DNA of 64,000 nucleotides from Podarcis liolepis (Eukaryota): assembly GCA_965112155.1 (NCBI GenBank), contig OZ218104.1; one strand, written 5' to 3'. A program made the translations under genes and the position numbers. The notes under the pieces were generated by a model. That model saw nothing but the letters and a program-made list of their open reading frames with translations, had not been told where the DNA came from and made no database searches. Of the stretch, positions 1 to 13,443 are shown in pieces. How positions within the stretch are numbered: position 1 is the stretch's first letter; every line of letters begins with the position of its first letter.

Positions 1-859
1 ATGATGATGATTACTGGATCAAACACAAGGGAAGTCCCTCCTAGAAGTTACCAATGCCTGAATGACAGCGATCATGACTGGCACAGCTGGAAAAGGGTGC
101 TTCTAGCCACTGAGGCTACTTGGACATTCAAGTGAAGCATCGCCAGATTGCGCACCTGCTCCTTCAAGGAGAGCAGCAAGCAACTGACCGATTTCTCAGA
201 CACATGGAGAGGGAGTTCACTATAAGCACTTAGTATTGTCCTGAGAGGTGAGACACATCTCCAAAATACAGGTGAGGAAGATACTGGTCTTGCTGTTGCC
301 TCATCTGCAGCTGCAGCCCCACCTTCTTTTTTCTGAGAAGAAGCCATGAGTCACAGAGCAAGAGGTTCTGCCTGCAGCTTGCGATGTCAGGGGCTGGGTG
401 CCAAAAAAATAAATAAAAATGAGGCTCTGGAACCAAGTGGCGTAGTGCACGTTGGCAAGAGCGAGGGAGAAAGTGCTCAGTGACACATCGCCTTGCCTTG
501 TGCGCATGTCCACGCGGGGGCCAACCCAAACAAAGCTTGCTGAGTCAGTGGCAGGAGCTGGCACCAGTTGAAAACCATTCTGGTGTGCGGTGAAAGCACA
601 GCATCACTGCAATGCCCCTGCTGTTTTAACCCATACTCGGCTCCTAATCGCCATCTGCAGCTTGGTGAAAATTGAGGAGTGAGAGCTGAAGGGCTCTCAC
701 CAACAGAACATCCACACCATATATTTAAAACACGTTTAATGTATGGAGCTTCCACCCAAATATCCTGGGAACTATAGTTTAACCCCCCAAAGAGCTACCA
801 TTCCTGGAACCCTTAACATGCCACAGTTCCTAGGTTTGCAGAGGCGGGGGATCCATGTA

Positions 860-1076
860 CAGTGGTACCTCGGGTTACAGACGCTTCAGGTTACACACTC
901 TGCTAACCCAGAAATAATGCTTCAGGTTAAGAACATTACCTCAGGATAAGAACAGAAATCGCGCGCGGCAGCAGCGGGAGGCCCCATTAGCTAAAGTAGT
1001 ACCTCAGGTTAAGAACAGTTTCAGGTTAAGAACGGATCTTCAGAACGAATTAAGTTCTTAACCCGAGGTACCAGTG
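860..1076. mobile_element. Tc1/mariner (Tigger-like) MITE
   Basis: TA|cagtggtacctcgggtta ... taacccgaggtaccagtg|TA; TIRs and TA TSD; same family recurs several times in the window. Confidence 0.85.
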
Positions 1077-1330
1077 TACTTTAAATATGCTTTAAATGTG
1101 TGATATGGCTACTCGCCACAATAGTTATGCTCTGCTTCCATGATTGGAGACAGCAACACTTCTGAATGCCAGTTTCCGGAAAATGCAGGAGGGGAGAGGG
1201 CTCTTGTGCTTGGATCCTGCTTGTCGGCCACTGTGAGAACAAGACACTGGACTGGATGTGCCACTGGCCTGATCCAGCATTGCTCTTCTTATTATGTGGA
1301 TGTGACCTGAAGTCTTACAACAGTCTTATA

Positions 1331-1688
1331 AGGTAAAGGTAAAGGGTCCCTGACAGTTAAGTCAAATCGCGAATGACTCTGGGGTTGTGGTGCTCATCTC
1401 GCTTTATTGGCTGAGGAAGCCGACGTTTGTCCGCAGACGTTTGTCCGGGTCATGTGGCCAGCATGACTAAGCCGCTTCTGGCGAACCAGAGCAGCGCACA
1501 GAAATGCCGTTTACCTTCCTGCCGGAGCAGGACCTATTTATCTACTTGCACTTTGACGTGCTTTCGAACTGCTAGGTTGGCAGGAGCAGGGACTGAGGAA
1601 TGGGAGCTCACCCCGTCGTGGGGATTCGAACCGCTGACCTTCTGATTGGCAAGCCCTAGGCTCAGTGGTTTAGACCACAGCGCCACCT
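1331..1688 (-). mobile_element. Sauria SINE
   Basis: Reverse (ACCTTT)n tail (aggtaaaggtaaagg), conserved body, tRNA-like head with a GTTCGAATC B box. Confidence 0.9.
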
Positions 1689-3325
1689 ACCAAAGCCAGC
1701 AGCGGGAGGCAACTGAATCTGCCAAAGCAGAACTAAACAGTGGGCTTTGGTACACAGTGGCATATTATCGAAAAACAAAACAAAACGTGCTGCTATTATG
1801 GCACGACATATTCCGTCGCCTTGCTTTCCTAAGCCGGTCTGGCCCTGAAACAATTTAAAACGCAAATCCTGTTTCCGCTGGCCGGGCTCCCTCCCTCTTT
1901 AATGAATTGCCCAACTTGTTAATTGCCCTGAGAACACAGTGCCGTAACAGTTTTTTTTAAAAAATAAATAAATAAAGGACAAAGCACGCAGCCAGCCCTT
2001 TGCATTCAGCGGAGCCCTAAAGGTACTAGGCGGGGCACTTAACAGCCAGCTGGCAACAGGCATCTGGCTCACTCGCCTCGTTCTACTGGGCTGTTTGGTT
2101 TGAGCCTCTGCCGGTCTGCTTCGAGAAGGAGTCGTTTAAGGTGTCCCCTGGTAGCTGCCTAATGCAAAACCGACGCAGGAAGGCAGCACCTGAGAGCTCC
2201 CCGAATTCCTTGCGGCAGGGAAGGCCGTGCCCTCATTAAAACAGCGCTGCCATCTGCTTGCACTCCTGGCACACCCCAAACACACATTCCAGGCCCAAGA
2301 TCTTCCGATAAACAAGGCAAGCTCCTCGGCTCGGAGCTGCAGAAGCTCTCTCATCCCTCGATTAACATTTGCGACTTTCAAGGAAGTTCGATACAGATTT
2401 TGGCAGTGGGTGAACCTGTCTGCTTCAGCTTCTAATTTTTGCCTCATTTAACATTTTGGTGCACATTTTTCCCTGGAGCTCTGCCAGCACTTTGACCTCA
2501 TACGCTATCGTATTTTGTATGCTATCCCCAGAGCTCCCAGTGAAGATGAATTAATTGTTGGACTTCTCTGGAAGCTGTAGCTCTGCGAGGGGAATGGGGG
2601 TCTCCTAACAACTCTCAGCACCCTCGGCAAACTACACTTCCCAGAATTCTTTGGGGGAAGCCAGGACTGTTCCATGTGGTATCACACTGCTGTAAATGTG
2701 CAGTGCAGATAAGGCCTCTTTCAGACTCTTGGAATGCTACATGTTCAAGGCTTTCTGGGTTTTTAAAAAAACAAACTTCCCTGCTTTGTTTACACAGCCA
2801 TCGCCAGAATTTTATTTGCCTTGTGCTCACTTGAAAGCCAAATCGGCCTTCCCAAGTTCAAGAGCGCACAGGCTGGCCGATTCCCAGTGCATGCCAAGGC
2901 TTGCTAAAGAGACAGCATCAGTTTGCTGGCAGCTTGGAGAAGACGCAGATTGGTTTTTCAACCAAAGGGCTGCATTCCCTTCTGGGATGTCTTCTGGGGG
3001 CCACATGGCATGGTGGGCAGGGCCAGAGGAAAAAGTAGGCAGAGCAAGGAATGCAAATTTCACCTTGGTGCAGAAGGCCAGTTTCTACACCCACTCACAT
3101 ACCCCTCTCTATCCTCTATCCAGGCAAAGAAGAGGCATGATCAGAATTAAAGGACGCATTCCAGCGGGAGCGTGGGGGGAGAACACTCAATGAAGGTGTG
3201 ACTTGCAGAGTCTCCAGTACCAGAATATCCAGCCCTCTGGTCTGACTGGGACTGTCCACTTCAGGGAGTGTGAAGCCGTTCCTACAAAGTTTGTGATCTT
3301 TTGAGGTTGGCTCAGTAGCCTGGAG

Positions 3326-3677
3326 GGGCGCGGGTGGCACTGTGGGTTAAATCACAGAGCCTAGGACTTGCCGATCAGAAATTCGGCGGTTCGAATCCCC
3401 ACGACAGGGTGAGCTCCCGTTGCTCGGTCCCTGCTCCTGCCAACCTAGCAATTCGAAAGCACATCAAAGTGCAAGTAGATAAATAGGTACTGCTCCGGCA
3501 GAAAGGTAAACGGCATTTCCGTGCGCTGCTCTGGTTCGCCAGAAGTGGCTTAGTCATGCTGGCCACATGACCCGGAAGCTGTATGCCAGCTCCCTCGGCC
3601 AATAAAGCGAGATGAGTGCCGCAACCCCAGAGTCGGCCACAACTGGACCTAATGGTCAGGGGTCCCTTTACCTTTAC
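3326..3677 (+). mobile_element. Sauria SINE with 13-bp TSD
   Basis: Head gggcgcgggtggcactgtggg, tail cctttacctttac; TSD cagtagcctggag at 3313-3325 and 3678-3690. Confidence 0.92.
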
Positions 3678-4934
3678 CAGTAGCCTGGAGTCACAGACTA
3701 GGGATAAGACATCAGAGGTGACAAGGATAGCTAACCAGCCAGCAACCTCGTGCTTGGGCTGTGCTGACCAGGGAAGAGACAAACTTGTCGATTCCCCTAG
3801 TTAATGCTAGGGGATGTTAATTAATGCTAATAATTAATGCTAATGTTAATTAATGCTTCTCCCCTAGTTAATGCTTCTCCAGCCCTGCTTCCAATCGGCC
3901 TCAAGGATGCATGACTTCCCAATGAATCAGAGCAGCCTCATTACAGGCCGACCAAAAAGATTCATCCAGGAAACTGCAAAGCTGGCAAGGGGTCAAGACA
4001 GGAGGACTGAAGGCTGAGTGCTCCTGATGCAGAGAGGAAGAGAAGGGGAAACCAGAGCTGCTTCCATCCAGAGCGATGTGCCTCATTTGGGGTGGCAGCG
4101 ACTGACTCAAGGCTGTCAAAACCAATCAGATCCTAAAAGCCGTCACCGGGAGTCGCTTTCCATCAGCCTGCCAAGCCTGGCAAAATCAATTATGTCACAG
4201 GCTCGTCAGCTTCACCAATCCCGGCTCTGCCGATCGGTTGCGGGCACAAAAGACACTCTCCTTTATCCAATTGAGATCTTTGTTCCAACATTCTTCAGTC
4301 GCTTTTGCCCCTCTTTATCTTTTAAAACAACAACCCACTACATGTTCCTTAAGATGGTGGGGGGAACTGTGGCACTCTAAATGTCTCCCCCACCCCACCC
4401 CGTCTTCAACAGCTCTGAAATTCTTCGTACACCGAAAATAAATTCATGACTCATTAAAACGTGTCAAGACCCATCTGGATGGAAAGGAACTTTCTGGGAC
4501 ACATACACACAACAGGAGGAACTTAAACCACAGTGTCACAGGCTCAGAACGCAGTTTGTGTGACCCCACTCCCATCTGATTCCTGTTGCCCCTGCCCCAC
4601 GCTTCCTCATGGGACGCACATTGAACAGGGTTTCAACAGCGCAAATGACACAATGGAGCCTTCCCCAGCCAGCTGAGATAAGAGCACCAGAGCTTACTGG
4701 CAGACAATGTGTTATGCGCCTGCATCTTACAACACCTGGGCCTCCCCCACAATTACTGCAGGGCGAAAGGAGCGTTGAGACAAAGAGGAACCAATTAACC
4801 ATGGTACACAGGGAATGCATTCCGTGCGACACTCCCATCGCCCTAGATATGCCCCGAAGAGGAGGACGCGGGAGCCTGGGGCCCAGTTCCAATGTCACTC
4901 AGATGCAGTGAACACAGAGGATAATGTTGTCAAT

Positions 4935-5142
4935 GGCCAGTGTGGTGTAGTGGTTAGAGTGCGGGACTAGGACCTGAGAAGCTGGGGTTCAAATCCCCGC
5001 TCAGCCATGAAGCTAACTGGGGCGACCTTCTCAGCCCGACCCATTTCACAGGGTTGTTGCAGTGGTCAAACAAGGAGAACCACATACACCACTTTGAGCT
5101 CCTTGGAGGAAAAGGTGGGATAGAAATGCAGTAAATAAACAA
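4935..5142 (+). mobile_element. Squam3-like tRNA-derived SINE (older copy)
   Basis: gccagtgtggtgtagtggttagag head, ggttcaaatcc B box, (TAAA) tail; similar copy at ~18337-18585. Confidence 0.7.
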
Positions 5143-5242
5143 ACAGCTCAATCACTATGTTCTCCCTCTACCACTGGATTAAGGAAACCTGGTAACCTCA
5201 AGTGGGAAGACTGCACCTACCCTCAAGTCCTGCTTGCAGGCT

Positions 5243-5818
5243 TTCCATCTTGGCCTGCGAAGTAAATCATTAATTTAGCTCCAAATACTGCCTTCCCATC
5301 CATGGGACCATGGAGAGAGCACACTATAAAAATCAATCACATAAGATGCACAAAGTATTATTCACAAGCAGCATGTATATTGTGCATTTTAAGTAGCATG
5401 AGAAGGGCTCTGACAGCCCTAACCCATGTACATTTCTTTAGAAGTAAGCTCTGCCGAGTACAGTGAGACTTACTCCTAGGTAAGCATGTATATGATTGGG
5501 CCATCAATCACTTAACCCTAACAACATACCTGCAAGGTGGACCACCACTATTATCATCCTCCTTCTATTGTAGGCAGTGAAGACAGCAGCACCTTCAGTC
5601 ACTTGGTGGGTTCACAACAGTTCACTCTCTTATTTATCTAGTGGCATTACAGTCTGTCCCCCCCCCCAATAATTATTTTCAATGCTTTTCCTCTTTTTTA
5701 ATTCCCTCTGCAATCTGGTTAGTTGTGGCCAGCAGGCAGCAATTTGCTCAAAAGCCAGCAAGGCTACTCAGAAATAAGTCCTATTAAATTCAGTGGAGCT
5801 TCCTCCCAGGTAAGTGAG

Positions 5819-5857
<39 letters not shown>

Positions 5858-6190
5858 TTATTATTAATACCCCACCCTCCCCAGCCAAGACCGGGCTCAG
5901 GGCAGCTAACAACCAATAATAAAAACAAGTTGATTAAAATACAATTTAAAAGATTAAGATACAACATTAAAACATTAGGGTGCAATCTCTTCATAGGAGG
6001 AGAAAGGAAAAAGAAAGAGGGGGAGGGAATCAAACTGATTCCAAGCCAAAGGATATACATGCTGCTTGTGAATAATACTTTGTGCATCTTATGTGATTGA
6101 TTTTTATAGTGTGCTCTCTCCATGGTCCCATGGATGGGAAGGCAGTATTTGGAGCTAAATTAATGATTTACTTCGCAGGCCAATATGGAA
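5243..6190. repeat. Inverted repeat, arms 5243-5380 and 6053-6190 (138 bp, one mismatch seen)
   Basis: Direct base-by-base reverse-complement match. Confidence 0.95.
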
Positions 6191-6410
6191 CAACTCTGTC
6201 TTACAGGCCCTGTAGAAAGAAATCAGATCCTGCAGGGCCCTGGTCTCATGAGACAGAGTGTTCCACCAGGCCGGAGCCAGTGTTGAGAAGGCCCTGTCTC
6301 TGGTTGAGGCTAATCTAGCTTCCTTAGGGCCCGGGACCTCTAGGGTGTTGCTATATATGGACCTTAAGGTCCTCCGTGGGGCATACCAGGAGAGGTGGTC
6401 CCGTAGATAC
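5824..6410 (-). mobile_element. 5'-truncated L2-clade LINE with (TTA)n tail and 8-bp TSD, interrupted by a 138-bp inverted insert
   Basis: 6410-6191 translates YLRDHLSWYAPRRTLRS...TRDRAFSTLAPAWWNTL...FYRACKTELF (L2 ORF2 C-terminus); (TAA)n at 5821-5853; TSD gaggttaa at 5816-5823 and 6411-6418. Confidence 0.85.
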
Positions 6411-7529
6411 GAGGTTAAGATGGCAGCCTAAAGCTGATTATTTTCATAATGCTGGGAGTGGGGAGCCTTTGGCCCTCCAGATATTGCTGAACCCACCCTC
6501 AGGCCATTGACCATGCTTGCTGGGGCTGATGGGAGTTGGAGTTCAGCAACATCTGGAGGGCCAAAGGCTTCCCACCCTGGATGCGATGTGTTGTGTCACA
6601 CTCATTTGTATCATCTGTACTTCATGGGGTGGTTCCTGCATTTCACCATCATAATGGGAGTAGACCCATTGGAATTAATGAGCCTTAATTAGCCACGTCT
6701 ATGAACTTCTCTGAGTAGAATGAGCAACGGATACAATCCCATTGTTATTATTATTATTAGGCTCAAAAGTGGGATCTGCAACAAAATGTTGCTGTACAGA
6801 GAGTTCCTGTTCAGGATGCTAGGAAGCTGCCCACGCGCTTTTGCAGCATACTTCATCCCACTCCCGTCTCCTGTGGCTATACCTTACACAACCACCCACT
6901 TCAGCGGTCGGCCAGCACCCTAGGGCCTCTGAGCATGTGACCAAAGGCAAGGACGTAGGCCTTCCATGAACATTTCACTTCTGTATTTGCTCACCAGCTT
7001 GTCGCCTCCAATTAATTGTTAAGGGGCAGACACGCGTGGATGTACCCGCACTTGAGAACAGAACACCCTTGTGCAATGAAAATATGCTGGAGACAGACAG
7101 AGCTGAGCCAAAGGCCACGCTGCTGTCCCTCCCCAACCCCTGCCAACACAGAGCCAATATTCATTAGCATACAAGCCGCTATTGACATCTTAGTGGGAAC
7201 CAGGCCAAACCCTCTTTTGTGTGCCCGTTCGCCCAATGCGATTCCTCCAATAATGACCTCGACTCAGGATTATCCATTGAGGAGCCCACTGAATCATCCA
7301 GATCTGGACTCCGAGAGAAACATCTGATTTCCCAGGTCCTGAAGAGAGGGGCAGATTCCAGGGTTGTCAAGTCTGCGCTCCTCTTTTAATAAGACCTCAA
7401 ATGCAACATGGTGGCACAGGAGCCACATACACTGAGATAAGCTATTTATGCGAATATAAGTCAATATCTGAGTTGATAGGAGGGCACAGATTCTCACACA
7501 AAACTCTTAACATTCATATCTCTCTATAT

Positions 7530-7665
7530 CAGGCTTCCTCAACTTCAGCCCTCCAGATGTTTTGAGACTACAATTCCCATCATCCCTGACCACTGGTCCT
7601 GCTAGCTAGGGATCATGGGAGTTGTAGGCCAAAAACATCTGGAGGGCTGAGGTTGAGGAAGCCTG
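7530..7665. mobile_element. Palindromic hAT (Charlie-like) MITE
   Basis: caggcttcctcaac...gttgaggaagcctg; 8-bp TSD ctctatat/ttctatat; relatives at ~6455-6580, 9602-9885, 50720-50875, 58795-58925. Confidence 0.8.
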
Positions 7666-9451
7666 TTCTATATGAACCTGCCCAGGTGCAAAGATACTCA
7701 GGTGAGCACCTTCTCTCGATTCCACCAACACCGGAAGCATGGTTGGTGGTGACACAAGACAGAGCCTTTTCTGTGGCTGCTCCCAGAAAGGCGAGATTGG
7801 CTCTCCTTTTGCAGGCAGGTTAAGTCCTTCCTATTCAGACATGTTTTCTCGCAGCCCATCTTGCTTTTCCTGTTGTGAGCTACATATCCCCACATGGATA
7901 ACTCCATCCCCAGATACAAGACATGGGGAAGGGAGTTCCTCTCACACCTAAGAGAGGAGCTGTGAAGTCTTTTTCATACTTAAAGAGGCAGGATGAAATA
8001 AAATGGTTCTCTCTCCAAAGAGCATTTATCCATAGCTGCGGAAGAGGGGAGGAGGCAAGGTTTTTAAAAAATAATTTCTGCAGTGAGCAACTCCAGGAAG
8101 CTGAGAAGACGAAAGGAGAGAGAGAGAGAGAGAGAGAGAGTAGGGATTTAGCTCAGGGGTACAGTATCTGCTTTACATGCAGAAAGTCCCAGGTTTAATC
8201 CCAGACATGTCCAGGTAGGGTTAGGAATGCCCCGTGCCTGAAACCCTGGAAAGCTGCTACATGGACCAATCTGACTCTGTATAAGGCAGTTTCCTATGTT
8301 CCTATGAAGGTGCGGTGGGAGATCACCCCGAGATGGACAGCTAGACATTTCAACTGCATTTCAGAAGAGGCAAGCGACTGGGGAGAAATCCATTGCAATC
8401 TCAAAAATATAACATGGTCCAACTCTGCAAAAGGCAGCAAACACACCCTCCTCACGCCCCCAAGTCAGAAAATTGCATGCTCAGACAACTGCGCACACCA
8501 AAAGAAAAATCAATCCGTATCGATTCTCTTACATGCTATATAATATAAAACTCTTTAGAACTGGAGGGTGCTGAATGGCAGTTGTCAGAAGACAACCAAC
8601 CGTTCCAGACTTTCAGCCCAGATTCTGAAGGAAGCCCTGTCGCAGTGGTCCTTGTTTGGGCAGCTGGGTGAGGCCACCAGAGATCTCAAATGGAGCCAAA
8701 AGGATCCATGGGTCTCCTGAGGCCTCTAAGCATCAGAACATGTCTGCCCACTCTTCAGCCTTTCAGATGTTTGGAGATACTTTGGTGCTCGAATTCTAAT
8801 CACATTTTATTACTTGCAAGAGCCCTGCTGGATTGGGCCATAGGCCCTTCAACCTGTTCTCAACTGGATGTCCCTGTGGGAAGACCGCAAGCCTGGCCTG
8901 AGCGAAATAGCCACTCTTCCCACCTGCCATTCCTAATAATTGGCTTTTGGCGGCATACTGTTGCCAACAGCAGAGGCAGAACATAGCCATTGCGGCCAGT
9001 AGCTACAGAAAGCCTTCTTCTCCACGAATTTTCTCTAATGCTATTTTAAAGCCATCCGATCTGGTGGCCATTGCTACCTCTCCTGATGGAGTGAATTCCT
9101 AAACTTAAGTTTGCACACTGCGTGTAAAAGTCATCTCTTTTATCTTTCCTGAATCTTCCAACATTCAGCTTCATTGGTTGGCCAGGAATCGTAGCGTTAC
9201 GAGAGAAAACTTTCCTCTAGCCACTTCCTGAACAATGTGAATTATTTTATGCACTTTTCTCATGTCTCCCTTACCTATGTATTTTCTCTAATTAATTAAA
9301 TGTTCATTAATTAATTAATTAATTAATTTAATTTAAGAGCCCCGAATGTTGTGGCTTTTCGTCATAAGGGAGACACCCAACCTCTTGATCATTTTTGGCT
9401 GCTGTTTTCCGAAGGCCTTCCAAGCTCTGCAACATTCCTTTTCGGAACATC

Positions 9452-9482
<31 letters not shown>

Positions 9483-10180
9483 AATTAAATTACTACTTCG
9501 TGTTACTACTCCTTAGGAGGTGGTATCCCCTCTTAGACAGCTGAACCAGGAAGTGGGCAGAGGCCCAGAGTTGGAGAGGCAGTCAGGAATGTAGGCCGGA
9601 GAAGTGTTTCCCCAAACTTGGGCCTCTGGCTGCTCTTGGACTACAACTCCCATCATCCCTAGCTATCAGAACCAATGGTCAGGGTTGATGGGAGTTGTAG
9701 TCCAAAAACAGCTGGAGACCCAAGTTTGGGAAACACTGCTCTATAGCAAGGGTGGGAACCCTGTAACCCTCCAGATTCTGTGGGATTACAACTCCCATCA
9801 TCCCTGACTGCTGCTGATGTGGCTGAAGCTGATGAGAACTGTGGTTCAGCAACATCTGAAAGACCATTGGTTCCTCTTCCCTGCTCTGCGGGCTAGTTCT
9901 GATTGGCCCTACCTAGCATGCTGGATTTCTATGTGCAGGGAAGCTTGTTTGGGTGTTCTACTGGGGAAGAGGACAACCCACAGTTCTCTCTGCACACAGA
10001 AATCTAGCATGCTAGGGGGAAGTGTTTGAGTTTAGCTTTCTTCCTGACACACCAGATCAGGAGTTGGGAACCTTTTTGGCCAGAGCACTATCTTTCGCCA
10101 AACCTAAGGGATGACTTTGGCAGGTGGGAGGGGCAAACCACCTGCCAGTCATCTCACATCATGGACAGACATATTGAGGA

Positions 10181-10317
10181 TCATGGAATGGAGAGTTGGA
10201 AAGGACCCCAAGGGTCCTTAGTCCAACCCCCAGCAATGCAGAAATCTCAGTATGCAGTCCCCCATCCAATCGGAAACCGGACTGGACCCTGCTTAGCTTT
10301 GCAAATATGCCAGCAGT
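10181..10317 (-). mobile_element. 5S rRNA-derived head plus CR1-type tail SINE
   Basis: Minus strand reads aagctaagcagggtccagtccggtttccgattggatgggggac (5S internal promoter region) joined to ctgcattgctgggggttggact...ttccaactc. Confidence 0.65.
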
Positions 10318-11875
10318 TTTATCACTACGCTGGAATTTTTACTGGAGATATTTAAACAGGGGCTGGACAGCTATCTGTCAGGGGTGCTGTGGACACAGAT
10401 TTCCCGCATCAAGTAAAGAGGGTTAGGCTAAATGACTTCTAAGACACCTTCCAAGGGGTGCATCCATTGAAATTAGTGGTCATGACTAACCTAGACCCAT
10501 TACTTTCAATGGGACTACGCTGAGCACGTAAAGCATTGGATGCAATCCTGGTTGTACAATTCTAAAAGCCCAATACGAACGGGGTGTGTGAACATGAGGA
10601 TTCTCCCTCCGGAGAAATCAGGGTACAGATTCTCAGCTACAGCTACAGGGTGTGCTTGACCTCTTCTGACTCTTTTGCCTGCTGTCAGCCTACAAGCACT
10701 GGAGAGAGAAGAGAGAAAGAAATATCTCTTTTCCCCGCCCTCATTACATGGGAAAAGAAAAGGTGTCTGATGAGTGCTTGGAGGCAGGGAGGTATATATC
10801 AGTTCCCCAAAGGCAGATGTTTCAAGCATTACACTCAACAGATGCTTCCTTGACTAGGATATTTTCCGAAATGTGAGCCTGCTAGGTGGTCCATCCACAC
10901 ACCCTTGCCTGGGGAGTGCCAGAGGCTACCGAGAGTTCACAAGAGAGATGCTCCCAGTTCCAAGTTCCCAATTCCTCTTGGATCAGACCCAAGGCCTATC
11001 TAAGCTCAGTATTCCACTTTGTAGAGTGGCCAATCCAGAAGCCTCCAAGCAGGGCAGGGAGGCAACAGCCCTCTCCTCATACATTGCTTTTCACCACGGA
11101 GTATTCACAGGGAAACTGTTTCTGAACAAAGAGGTTTCATTGGGCTGTCACGGCCGATAGCCACTGATAAACCAGTCCTGCCTGCTAAATGAACTGGCCA
11201 GATCCCTCTTCTGAAGCAGCCCAAGACATCTTGTGGCAGCCGGTTTTGTGTCTTAATGGAGTGGACTTATCGCTAACACAGGGGTAGCCGAGTTGGTGCC
11301 TTGCAAATGTTGGACGACAACTTGCATCATCCCACGTGAGCCGTGGCTGGTGGCAGTCAGAGGGAAGTGCCACAGCTCAGTGGTAGAGCATCTGTCTTGC
11401 ATGCAGAAGGTCCCAGGTTGAATTCTCAGCATCGCCAAGTAAGGCTGGGGGAGACTCCCCTTGCCTGAAACCCTGGAGAGCTGGTGAAACAGAGATAAGA
11501 TGGAGAAGTCACCTGTCTCTGTAGAAGTCAGCTTCCAATATAGCCAGCTTCCGTTCACTGCAAGGAACTCAGGGGGAGCAATGAAATGATATGTGAACTG
11601 AAACACGGCTAACCCTCAAGATCTGCTCTTGTCTGAATTTTGTGATGCAGCTCTCCAACCACAGAGTCACACAACTGTAGAGCTGGAAGGGACCCTGAGG
11701 GTCATCTAGTCCAACCCCATGCAATGGAGGAATCATACTGCCAAAGAATCCCTGCTACAGGGACATCCAACCTCTGTGTACAAACCTCCAAGGAAGGAGA
11801 GTCCACCACCCATGCCCTCTCCCAAGGGTTGCCCAGAAGTTTCTCTACTGCTAACATAGAGACAGAATCAAGGTT

Positions 11876-12004
11876 GAATCATAGAATCTTAAGAGTTGGA
11901 AGGGATCACGAGGGTCATCTAGTCCAACCCCCTTTTGCCCAGCTTGGGTCTCAAACCCACAACCCTGAGAATAAGAGTCTCATGCTCTACCCACTGAGCT
12001 ATCC
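11876..12004 (-). mobile_element. tRNA-Lys-derived head plus CR1-type tail SINE
   Basis: Minus strand reads ggatagctcagtgggtagagcatgagactcttattctcagggttgtgggtttgag...gggggttggactagatgacc...ttctatgattc. Confidence 0.7.
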
Positions 12005-13257
12005 TATTCCCTGCAGAATACCGGTAGAAGTTGTCCACATATCAGGTGCAGATTCAAAGCTGAACGAGCATCAAAGACAATGAACTGTGTATTTCTCCAT
12101 ACACACCCGGACCTCTTCAATGCCTGGAGTTCAACCTTTTTTGCACACGGAGCTGCCTGGGAGCTCACTCGGAGGGGAGGGCCGCACAGATCAGAGCCCC
12201 CTGATTCAATTGTTTTGCTTGGCTGTTCTCCCCCCCCCCAGCACAAAAGCCACAGGAAAAGGGCCCCGTCCCCTGCATCCCCTGGCTGTGTTTTCATAGC
12301 ATCCGCGGATAATAAAAGAACATGCCGCACCCAGACCACGAGAGAGATTGTTCCTGCTCAGGGCTGTCGGGGAGGCAGCAAAGGAGAAACGACTGGAAAT
12401 GGTTTGCGAAGGCTAGCCACAGGCAGCAGACACACCGTCCACTTAAAGAACATGACTCCCCACCCACATACACAGAGAAGCCTGGGAAGTCTGTCATTTG
12501 TCAAGGGTGCTTGGGAACTGTAGCTTTGAAAGATCTCAACTAGAGCTCCCACAGTTCTTGGGGTGGGGGAGTTCCCAAAACTCACCCGATCCCCATTTGT
12601 ATGCACTCGCTCCAACTGCCCTGGTTTACCAAGAGCAGCCTCTACTTTCTGAAACCTTGCAAAACACAGTCCCGGTTTTCTGAGTCCCCTCTGGGCGTAT
12701 TAAGGAGAAAAGTAGTGCCTGCAACAAACTGTTGCCCTGGGGAGCCCTCCTGTTCAGGATGCCAGCCAGCCATGCCTTGCCCTCTTTCCAGGTTACATCA
12801 TAATCACCTGTTCTTTTTAAACAGAGGTTGGAGGGCCATCTGTCAGGGATGCTTTGGCTGCAATTTTTGCCTTGCAGGGAGTTGGGGAGTCCCTTCCAGC
12901 TCTGCAGTTCTACAATTTTATTATTTGTATGCCACTTGTCCATAAAACTGTGCCCAAAGTGGCTCACAACATATCAAGTGAACAATGAAGTCTAACATAT
13001 GCACACGCACACACTTAAAAATAACAATCAGACCAATTAATGAGAGAGAAAGAGGATGTCAGTGTTGTGTAACATTTGCAAACTCTGAGATGTACAGATG
13101 CAAAAGCAGTAAAAAAGCTACTCTGATTTAAATAGAGACACAATATATATCTCAATATAGTTGGGATGCCTGCGAACAGGTGGGTTGTGTGCCTGTTCAG
13201 TCTGTTATCCAGATACTCACTGTTGATGGGCAACTTCAAACCATCTTTAAACTAGAC

Positions 13258-13443
13258 CAGGGGTTGTCAACCTGGTCCCTACCACCCACTAGTGGGCATT
13301 TCAGGATTCTAGGTGGGCCCTAGGGGGTTCTACGTCACAAGCTGAATCCCCCTTCCATCGCACACTGGTGGGCGGTAAGGAAACTTTACCATCCAGAAAG
13401 ATGCATTAGTGGGCAGTAGGTATAAAAAGGTTGACTACCCCTG
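13258..13443. mobile_element. hAT MITE
   Basis: TIR caggggttgtcaacct/aggttgactacccctg; exact 8-bp TSD aactagac (13250-13257, 13444-13451). Confidence 0.88.

Noticed and set aside
72-347. 91-aa ORF as a possible alternative DVL1 exon
   Set aside because: LSLKEQVRNL...QVASVARSTLFQL resembles decayed L2 ORF2; no DVL similarity.
7530-7665. Long hairpins as miRNA precursors
   Set aside because: They are multi-copy MITEs with TSDs; nothing in the sequence supports processing.
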